Shown piece after piece: positions 53,710 to 64,000 of a DNA stretch of 64,000 nt. Source of the stretch: Eledone cirrhosa (Eukaryota); assembly GCA_964016885.1 (NCBI GenBank), contig OZ024741.1:239506001-239570000 (forward strand), written 5' to 3'. The stretch's first letter is position 1. Each line of letters opens with the position of its first letter. Made by a program: the position numbers and the translations under genes. Below the pieces are notes generated by a model that searched no databases, had not been told where the DNA came from, and saw only the letters and a program-made list of their open reading frames with translations.

Positions 53710-55760
53710 CTTGCTCTTGATGTTAAAACAGAGTCCATGGAAAATTACAGCTTCAAATATTCAATCTAAAACAAAGAACAAATATTTTTCATGTTAATGA
53801 AGTATTGTTTTATTTGCATAAAGAGAAGATTGTATTATACCACATTTAACTGTTTGTAAAATAAATATATTAATCAATGAAAGTGATTGTACAAAATTTC
53901 AATATTTGTATTGTTATTTATGGATATAAACCAGTCACAATTTTGTGGTCTTTCTATTATAACATTTCCAGTATATGGTGTATAGGTTTAGATAAGAAGT
54001 CTGTAGTAAACTTATTAACATGTGTAATTCCTAAGGTAGATTACTTTATCGTGTAATAAATATAAGATAGCCATATTCTGAGCCAGGTGATAGCTACATC
54101 ACATCAGATTTAGATGAATTTCTGCAGATTGTTTAATTAAACTTCAACGTAGCTTATTTATATTCTATATAGGAATTGAAAATTGGTTGCAATCCAGAAA
54201 ATTGTTAAAATATAAACACAATTCATAGGGAAACTAGTAGGAAGTTATGAATTATCTCCCTTATATATACTATAAAGTACACCTAAATTATGTTTAACAA
54301 AACAAAAATCTACAGGAAGATCTTTGTCACTGTTGATCCATTGATTTATTACTATTAATAAAATTAGATTTCTATTTTAAACTGAAAAAAAAAAATTTTA
54401 TATTGTTAACATTTATATTCAATAAAATTATAGACTTAATATCTTGGATATCTCCTTCAATAGGAATTCTTTAAAACAATATCAATTATCACTTGACACC
54501 TCTATTTACTACATAAACAGCTTCCTTATGTGTCAAAACCACTTTTATATAACAGAGGTTCATTAGATTAAAATCTAACAATATTTAGCAGAAACCTTTT
54601 AATTTTTCATATAAAACCCAAATATATTTTTTGCATAAATATCAAACTAATTTTAAATCATACCACCTAATGTAAGATATATTTACTGAAAATAAAGTAT
54701 TTGTTTTCTATAATTGAAAATAGATGTAAAAATAGGGAAAAATCTAAAACAAATTTTTTTATGACTTATTCTGAAGTAGAAATAAAATATTTGGTACCAT
54801 CTTTTTAAGTCATACTGTTATTTAGTCATGTAGATATTTTTTACATCAAACCTACCAGATTGATGTTATTTAACCCTATGTAAGCTCCTATCTAGCAGAC
54901 ATTATCAAAAGCATTTCAGTCAAGACCACAACCTCTATTTTTCTAAATATAATTTTGTGTTACAAAAGGAAATATATGATATCTTACAGTAGTATCTAAA
55001 TAGATAACAGGCCATAATTAATATATCTATATTCTTTACAAAGATTTAAGACTACAGATTCCTCATTTTTTACTGAATTAATGAATATTAATTTTTGTAA
55101 TTATTCAAATATACTTCTGACATGTTACCATAAAAGTATAAAGATACATATTTTGTTGAAACAAATCATACACAAATATATGTAAGGCAAATTTGTAAAT
55201 TTTAACAAGTAAAACTAATTTATATAAAAGAAACTATTAACACTAATTTTCACATGATATTATAGCAATGAGTAGACATATACAAAAAATATACACAGTT
55301 ATTTCAGATATGAAAATACTAATATTTTATAACAAATTTTCTTATCTATCAAGAATATTTAGGTAAAACCTATATTATTGAATGTATTTCAATAATATTC
55401 TAGTTCAATATTTAGTATGTAATAAGACCATACAATGTCAGACTGAATAATTTAGTAAAAATATATAATGATGAGCTATGTTAAAATATGATAAACAAGA
55501 TAAATATAGTAAACAAATCAAAGATGACAGCAAATATTTTCAGAAGTATGTTATATTAAACTATAATCCAACATATATTCCTCTCTCTCACTGTTTCTTA
55601 CAAAATAGTTGATAGCCATGTTGGTAAAGAAGACATTCAATGAGAACTAGCACAGATCTAATATGGCCACCATTACAATATATTTTGATGTTATAATATA
55701 CTATGTATGAAGTGATTATTTTACATGACTTGATAAATAATAAGCAATGATAAAACTTAC

Positions 55761-56170
55761 ATTCATTGTGTAAAATCCTTTGTTATAACTGTGAGTTGGT
55801 CCCAATGTTCTGTTAATGGTTGTCTGTGTCACTGCTGCTATGGTGTGACAATGGCTTCATGTTGATGGAATAGTGTTGGTAGTGAGTCAGTGGGAACCAG
55901 CAGTTCCTCTCAGTCTTCAATGTGTATGTGTGATGTTTACTGAGTGTGAGTGTGTGTGAGAGAGAGAGGTGGGGGAGGGTGATGCTTACTTCAGCCTCAC
56001 TCAGACTAGATGTGTTTCCCCTCACAGAAAAGAGGGAGAGAGAGAGAAGACACAATATCAGCTCCACTAACAGTCAGCCAAATGTCTATATAATAATATG
56101 TCTGGTGTAGAGAGACTGACATAGAAATACTTAGAAGAGAGAGGTTATATTAACAAAATATGGCTGATGT
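55761..56170 (-). promoter_or_regulatory. Conserved promoter + putative leader exon of gene H (exon ~55941-55761)
   Basis: Same block; donor at 55761/55760; large exon begins at 53765. Confidence 0.6.
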
Positions 56171-56765
56171 TGTTAATGTGTAATATGTAATATAAATACA
56201 AAATTAATAATAATAGTTAGTGTGTGTCTGGCTTAATTATAAACTAACTTTGCCACAGAAGATATATTTCAGAAAATTTATAGATGTTATATTACCAATA
56301 TCAAATTTATTTTCTGAAATAACAAAATTTACAATATCATATATTTATTATTTATTAGCAGGGTGGTGGATTATCTGTCATTAGAGTGTGAGACAAATGC
56401 TTAGCAGTATTTAGTCTGACTCTATACAGTCTGAGTTGAAATCATGCCTTTCATCTTCTGAGGTTGATAAAATAAAGTAACAATCAAGTACCATCGTCAA
56501 TATACTCAAATTGCCCTTCACCTAAATTACTGATTTTGTGCCGGAATCATTATCTATTAGCAGAGAAAACAGTCATTAAATGATGATGATAATTCAATCC
56601 ATATTTTCAAATTTAAATTGTATTTTCTGAAGATTTATTACTATTCTAAACACTTGATATTAAATTCCCCATAATTATATCATTTAACTAACATATTTCT
56701 GTTGTTTTAAATATTGTGTTACTGTTGAAGGTGATATTTCTGTTGTGTTAACTTCTCAGTCTGAC

Positions 56766-59700
56766 TTAACTAGCAACAACATCTGGTGTTGAAGGTAACT
56801 GTCTCTCTGGAGGTTTCACATATCTGTCTTGGTAATGGTCTCTCTCATTGTTGCTTGACACATCAGGTGGGACACCATAGATACCTGAAAGAAATAATTC
56901 AATTCAACTTACCACATAGTTCACATAGACAATAGATATCTTCTGACATTAATAATCCATCTCTTGTCCAGTCTGATATAAAATGACAATTATTAAAAAG
57001 GTTCTTTTTGACCATCCCTAAAATTCTTCAAAATTATAAACATAAATTATTATAATGATAATAATAAACATGGAAAATGAAATGTTTTTACCTGACATTG
57101 CCGGTATTTCTTCATACTGTCTACTTGACCTTTCACTCCAGCACTGTCCACTACTCTTACGACTAGTCAGTGTATCAGTGGGATAGTTAGACGATGGTCT
57201 GTTGTCTCCATAAGATGTCACCTCTATAGGCTGACTGTATTTCTGCTGTAAAGTTAGTTAAAACAGATTGTAAAGGTATTTATAATATTGGATATGAAAT
57301 GTATGCAATATCTAGGTAAAAATCAGTACATGTTAACTGTTGAAATATGGTACAACCATCTACAAAAATATCAATTGTCTTTTACAAATATTCTAATGAT
57401 TCCACTACATTATTGTCAAATTTCTGCAGGACAATTCACAAGGGGATTTCAAACTTCCAACTTAAATCCTTCCTTCCAATCCTACCACACAAAATGGATT
57501 CATTATACATTAGTCAAAGTCTTATGTATTGCAAATAATTATTTCATAGCACACTGTAAGTGTGGTTGGTGTTAGCAAGGGCTTCCAGCCATAGAAAACC
57601 AGCCAGAAACACCCCTATATGAGCGAAACACTGTCACCCGACAACTTGCCTCAAAATAGGATCCACCTAACCCATGCTAGTGTGGAAGATATACGCTAAT
57701 CGATGATGATGATGATGATGACTTTTAATGAATAAAGGTTCACATGGTCTTTTGACCTCACCGTTAATGGTGATAATATAAATTTATATTGTGCATGAGT
57801 TTGCAGTGCAAGGTAGGAATGACAAGAGGTACAGAATTAAGGAGATGTGTCTTCTGGATAACAGGTTAGAAGAATCTGAATAGTACAAAGTAGGGAGGTT
57901 CCACAATTTTAGACAACAACCTATTGAGAAATAAATTGCATTCTGCAATGTAATATGTAATATATATATGAATCTTCTAGTGGTATCCTTCTTAAACATT
58001 CTTTTACCAACAAATAGCTTACAATTAGCAAACAGCAGTAAATCTTGGATTAACACACATTTAAAACATAACCCGTCTAAACCCATGCTAGCATGGAAGA
58101 TAGACGTTAAACGAATATATACAATATTTATTTCTATATCATAACAATTATTTCTAACAAGACATATTCTTTTAAAAACTCTGGAGACATAAAATTTGCC
58201 TAAATTGGTAATTTAAATAGTAACTAAGAGAATAAACATTATTTAATAGCAGATAAAAGATATTGAATAGACTTTACCTTTGTAGATTTTTGAAGAGATC
58301 TGTTTATTGTTGATGTCTTCCAGTCTTCAGGATAGTAATGGCTTCTAGACTGACTATATCTGTCTGATATCTCTCCTTGATTACTTGACATCAGAGATAC
58401 ACTGTTGTTACCTTGATAGATCAACTGACTCATCTCATTACGACATTGGTATGCCTGTTTCTCTTCTGTTGTTCTAGCTGAGTTATTTCTTACATTGTTA
58501 CATCTCACAATACACAATGTTATAGAAACCACAATAGCTATAGATACTATCACAGCTGCTACTACAATGATAATCAACAATGTTGCATCTATTGTGTTAT
58601 CAGTTGATACATGGACAGCTGTGAACATTGGTGATGTCTTGTTACTAACAGTCAATGTTAAAGAAACACTAGTTGTTGCTGACAGAACTGGAGTACCACT
58701 GTCTTTCACAACAAACTCCAGTTGATATGATCCGGCATCATTTTGGTAAACTGTGCGAGAGTAAGATAAGACACCGGTGAATGAGTCCAGTTTAAATAAT
58801 TGTTTCTCATTACCTGAAAGGATTTCATACCTGAGAAATGCATTCATGTGACTGTCTATATCAGAGGCTTTCAGAAGTGTGATGTCATTCTTACTTTGTG
58901 GATGATAGTGGACATCAAGAGTGAAAGGGTCAACACTAGGAAATGTAAAATATGGAGCATTATCATTTTTATCTAATACTTCCACTTCAACATTCACTGT
59001 GTTATTTAGAGATGGTGTTCCATTGTCTTTGACAAAAACCTCAAAGTCATAGAAATCTCTGTGTTCTCTGTCTAAAGACTGGTTTGTTGAAATAAAACCA
59101 GAGTTGATAATCTGGAATGGTAGACGATATTGGTGTTTATTTCTCAGATAATAACTTAATTCACCTCCCTTACCAACATCTGGGTCTGTAGCATTGATAA
59201 AACCAATAGGGAAATTAGCTTTGTCATTCTCATAGGTAAGGAACTTGAATGTATCTTTGGTAAAGTGTGGTTTTACATCATTCACATCTAACACTTGTAT
59301 TGAGAGATCTTTATCAGTTTTCAGAGAAGGTAATCCTTTATCTTGACAGGAGACAGTGAAGTGATAATGTTCCTGTGTCTCTCTGTCTACTGCTTTCTTT
59401 AGAACTATTTTATATTCCTTAGATCCCATTGACTGTAATTTGAATGTATCATGTTTGATATTACAGCTGACCTCTCCATTATGTCCAACATCATTGTCAG
59501 TGACCATCACATAAGCAATGAAACTACCAACTTTGATATCTTCCAGAATGGTAGCTGTGTTGTGATTCTCTGTAGAAATATAGTTGACATCAATATTTGG
59601 AGGATTGTTGTGTTGGTTGATAACATTTACCATAACAGTTGCTATAGAACTGAGTGGTGGACTGCCATCATCTCTGGCTTTTATGTATAATTTAAAATCT

Positions 59701-60626
59701 TCCATATCAATTTCTGAAGATTTAGCTAAATATAACTTTCCAGTATTTTTATCTAAATCAAAGAATCTTTTCATTTTCTCTGAAGTTGTCATTGCAAAAT
59801 AGAAAGATATTTTACCATTCCTGCCAATATCTAGATCATTGGCAGATAATGTCACTACTGGAATATTCTTGTTGTGCTTATGTTTTATAGAGACATTGTA
59901 AATACTTTGAGAAAATTCTGGTTTATTATCATTTTCATCTTCAACAGATATTTTAACATTTAAAATACTTTGTTTTGGTAGAGTGCCACCATCTTTAGCA
60001 ATAATTTCAATATTGTAACTATCTTTCTTTTCCCTGTCTAATTTATTTTCTAAAATAATTTCTAATGTTGATATTCCACCTGCTTCCTTTGAAACACTTA
60101 ATGAAAATTGTCCTTCATCATCTTTCAGTTCATATTTAATTAATCTGTTTTGGTATCCCACATCTTTGTCAACAGCATTGGGTATGGCCTTCTTCATACC
60201 TCTACCATCTCCTTCCCTAAACACTAGTGTAATGTCTTTCTCAGGAAACTCAGGTTGGTGGTCATTGATGTCTTCTATTATGACTTTAATTTTCAATATC
60301 TTCATAAATGTCTTGGATTTGTGAACAGCAACTTTAATTATTTCAAAACATTCTTTCTCATAACTACACACAGACTCAGCATCCAATGTCTGAACAGTGT
60401 ACAGTTTACCTGTTTTTGTCACATTGAACAATTGTTCTCCCTTTTGTTGTAGTTGACTAAATGTAATTAAATCCTTATTCTTTAAGGAGCTATCTGATGT
60501 CTGTAAGTCAGTAGCAATGTCCCCTACATAAGTATAGGGATTACTCTCTTCTTTAACATGGTATGTGATATATTCACTTAGATAACAGTGGAAGAAAGTC
60601 AGTAAAATACACAGAAATAACAACAT
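56766..60626 (-). CDS. Pcdh: Protocadherin gene I, ~872 aa
   Basis: Exons 60626-58278, 57242-57092, 56884-56766; intact frame. Confidence 0.93.
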
Positions 60627-60819
60627 CTCTGCTCTTGATGGTAATACAGTATCCTGGAAAAATTACAATTTCAAAAATGCAATCTGAAACAGAAAAAAAT
60701 TTAATATATTAATCGAGTCTAGAATATTAAGTTTTGTCTTTCATGAAATTCTCAGATTAAACTTAACATCTTGTACTTGAGAAATATTAACTAAATATCC
60801 TAAATACAATGACAAATGC

Positions 60820-61195
60820 AGTGGTTCAGTCTTGCACTGAACATCCCAGTATGTACACCTTTCTCAAGCAGTGAAACTTATGCTGTCTGGGCCACATCCA
60901 AAATGTGATGAGCTGCCAAGATTCATTGGCCAGCATGAACTACAGTACAATGATGCCTGCATCAGAAACATGAAAGCACTCAATACAGAATTCTTGGAGA
61001 GGCAGATGACTAGTGCCTTGAATGGTAAATTAAAATTATTGAAGCGAATCTGTTGGCCATTGCAGCAGTAAAGCAACGATGAAGAAAATAGCAGAGCCAT
61101 ATCAACAAACCGATTAACACACATGGATGTGACTACATCAGAAACTATCACTACTGCACTAGACTTTTAAGCTACAAAGCAGCACTGCTTTAGCC
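60820..61195 (+). mobile_element. Old, decayed RTE-like LINE remnant in the first intron (related copies ~28520-28850 and ~45590-45830)
   Basis: Reads YNDACIRNMKALNTE, resembling the C-terminal region of RTE-group ORFs; same position in genes E, G and I. Confidence 0.45.
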
Positions 61196-61269
61196 CCAAA
61201 AATAAAGAAATATTTTGAACCTACATCAAGGACTTCTTTTTTCCTATTAATGTAAAGAATCTTTTGAGT

Positions 61270-61760
61270 TACGCCTTTCTTTCCTGGCATGGATACATTA
61301 AAGCACCGATATCTGGCAACTGACTTGGTAGACACCGATAAGATTATTAATCATCTTTCCAACAACAACCCTGGGCAGCTTTTTGAATTCCATGTCTAAC
61401 ACCCATGGACATGATTACAAAATCAGAAGAAGTACAGCTCACATGACTTTCGGAAACATTTTTTCAAGCTCAGAGTTGCTAAAGCATGGAACAAACTACC
61501 TGCATCAGTTAGCTGTTGGGGCACTGCATCCTTCAAAAATTCCATACTTCCCAAAATTCACCAACACTACACCTCATATTCCTCCTCTATACACACACAT
61601 GCATGTGTGTGTGTCTGTGTGTATATCATGACTCATATACTGTTCACTTTCAAGACATTTGTACATTATTCTATGTACTCTCCATGCACCTTTGATGAGT
61701 TATAATGCACCTGAACACTACACAATAATTTCTATTATTATTATTATTATTATTATTATT
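61270..61760 (+). mobile_element. 3' fragment of the CR1/L2-like LINE family
   Basis: Similar to 50360-50813; long (ATT)n tail. Confidence 0.7.
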
Positions 61761-62672
61761 TTAAATAATACTGGATTCAACTAACATATACGACTTCTAT
61801 TTTACATGAGATATTAAAATAGGAGTTTTATTAAATAGGTATCAAATTTTAAAGGGAATTGTTAACTTGGGGAACTATTAAAATATAGACATTACTTAGG
61901 AGGACGTTTTGGGTTATCTTTCTCGACTAAGAAATAAATTCACATATCACACAATTTTCAACAAAACTGAAAATCTTGTGAAGGGAGTGTAATCAACACT
62001 AGACAAACTAATTAAGAACAATAATAATTGTTTCTACTTTTGGCACAAGGCCAGCAATTACCAAGTACATTACTGGTACTTTATATTATCGACCCCGTAA
62101 GGATGAAAGGCAAAGTTAACTTCGGCGGGATTAGAACTCAGAATGGCAAGGGCCGTAACTATGCGTCAAATCATGGCGTCCGGCAGTCTACCAATACTGC
62201 CAAAATGCTGTGATGTTAGCCACCTATTGTGTATTCTGTATAACTGGGCTTACAGATTTGAAATTTCTCAAGTATTATAATTTATATTAAACAGTATTGA
62301 CAAGATATCTATTTACTAACTGATATTGATACATTCAGATATATATATACTAAACTGAATAACATTTGATGTTGTTTACATTATCACTTCAATAATTCTT
62401 CTCTCAGAAATAACATTTTATTAAAACCTGTCGTTCAGATAAAGTTATAATTTTAACATCTTGGATGTCACCTTAAAAACAGTAAATTATTTTGACTCAT
62501 TCTCTACATGATTCTTCATTTCTTATATCAGCAGTTTGAAGCCTTTTTCATTTTGTTTATGTAAAGTATTTATCATATTATAATTAAAATATGAATCATG
62601 AGAGCATGCTTTTCTTATAACAGGACTCCATTACAATAAATTAAGACTATTTATCTGATTATATTAAATTTA

Positions 62673-62858
62673 GGGCAGTGGTTTGGCAGTATCGGCAGAG
62701 CGTCAGACACCATGTTTTGCAGCATAGTTATGGTCCTTTGCGTTCTGAGTTCAAATCCGCCGAGGTTAACTTTGCCTTTCATCCTTACGAGGTCGATAAA
62801 ATAAAGTACCAGTGATGCACTGGGGTAATCTCTGGTTTTGTGCCAACAGTAGAAACTC
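62673..62858 (+). mobile_element. tRNA-derived SINE, apparently full length
   Basis: A box tggcagtatcgg, B box gagttcaaatcc, core gcctttcatccttacgaggtcgataaaataaagtacc; 13-bp TSD tatattaaattta. Related partial copies near 655-790, 20770-20860, 29240-29340, 46170-46268, 56360-56545 and 62028-62205. Confidence 0.8.
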
Positions 62859-63493
62859 TATATTAAATTTAACACTTTAACAGAATATATATTTTATTTA
62901 AATATCAAACTAGTTTTTTATAAAATCACCAAATTAACAGATTTCCATTTAACTATTTTCTACAGTTGAAAATAAATAAGATTCTGTAAAAAGAAAACCT
63001 GAATCAAATACTTCATGAAACAAATTGTTAATAAATGTCTTTGTGTAATAACCTTTGAAATATTCAGGTGAATATTTGTTACATAAGGTGTTATACATTG
63101 TTGTGATTTAAACCTATGTAATCTACTCCACACCAGACCTTTTTTCAAAAGCATTTCAGCCACAACTCTCCATAATAAGCAGCAAGTTGCTTCATGTTAC
63201 AAAAGTATGACAGATTGAATATTTCTGTATTAATAGCTAGCAAGCCACAATTAGTACATGAATATTGTTAATACAGATTAAGGTTACAGACTCCTTATAT
63301 CTCTTCCTAAATGTTACAAAACTTATAATAGGGATATATTTGGCCTGTTATCTAAAATGTATTAATGATTGTTTATTAAAAACACTAAAGATGCATCATA
63401 TAAGAAAATATAATTTCAAATTTTCAATTCATACAAATCAAATTAATAAAACAATAAAACATTTTCTATGGGCATCAATAAAGATTTACACAC

Positions 63494-63495
<2 letters not shown>

Positions 63496-63528
<33 letters not shown>
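63496..63528. repeat. (TA)n microsatellite (another at ~7224-7250)
   Basis: Uninterrupted TA run. Confidence 0.9.
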
Positions 63529-63531
<3 letters not shown>

Positions 63532-63990
63532 TGTATATGTCAGCATGTGTGTGTATACATATACAGAATTATGGTATATAACATTAAAAATTATTTCAAT
63601 GATAATATTTACACAAAACCTACACTACTGTATATATGTAAATGGTATTCTTGTTCAATATTTAGTATGTACTAAGACCATATAATGTCTGACTGAATGA
63701 TTCAATATTAATATATAAAAATGTGAAAATAAAATAAAAAGATAAATATGGTGATAATGAAGGATGACTGCAAATATTTTGAGAAGTGTGTTATATAAAT
63801 CTACAATCAAACATATATTCCTCTCCCTCATTGTTTCTTACAAAATTCTTGATAGCCATGTTGGTAAAGAAGACATTCAGTGAGAACTAACACGGATCTA
63901 ATATGGACACCATTACAATATTATATTTTGATGTTATAATATTAGAGGTTATTATTTTACATGACTTGATAAATAAAGAATAAAACTTAC

Positions 63991-64000
63991 ATTTATTGTG
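63991..64000 (-). other. 3' end of putative leader exon of gene I (runs off the window)
   Basis: Donor ATAAAT|gtaagt at 63991/63990, next to the conserved intronic block at ~63850-63990; large exon begins at 60683. Confidence 0.55.

Noticed and set aside
1-64000. Array as an assembly artefact, or as a CRISPR-like or prokaryotic system
   Set aside because: Each unit has distinct EC2-3 sequence and private TE insertions, and the spliced structure and LINE/SINE content are eukaryotic. Local mis-joins in identical regions cannot be excluded.

Overview
AT-rich animal genomic DNA holding a head-to-tail tandem array of protocadherin genes, all on the minus strand. Eight are complete (called B-I here) and gene A is represented only by its 5' end at the left edge. 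The architecture and repeat content fit the expanded protocadherin clusters of coleoid cephalopods, probably Octopus (inference). Each unit has four exons: a conserved, probably non-coding leader exon ending ATGAAT|gtaagt; a ~2.35 kb exon (signal peptide, six cadherin repeats, TM, proximal tail); a 148/151-nt exon; and a 116/119-nt terminal exon. Proteins are 871-873 aa. Unlike vertebrate clustered Pcdh alpha/gamma, every gene carries its own cytoplasmic exons. Main observations: (1) diversity is almost confined to EC2-EC3 and is a recombined patchwork of a few sequence blocks, like a combinatorial recognition code; (2) the tail carries a Src-type SH2 ligand (QYEEIP) and a class I SH3 ligand (RQLPSTP); (3) an in-frame 33-bp micro-inversion rewrites the C-terminus of gene H and removes the SH3 ligand; (4) the EC3-EC4 calcium linker is degenerate; (5) there is a repeated promoter/leader element with a splice-spanning uORF; (6) a ~16.5 kb two-gene duplication made gene F chimeric; (7) gene D has a near-perfect ~67-bp-arm intronic hairpin. 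Mobile elements include a decayed mariner, a Helitron with a visible empty site, and CR1-like, RTE-like, RLE-type LINE and SINE fragments. All coordinates were read by eye; transcription starts are inferred.
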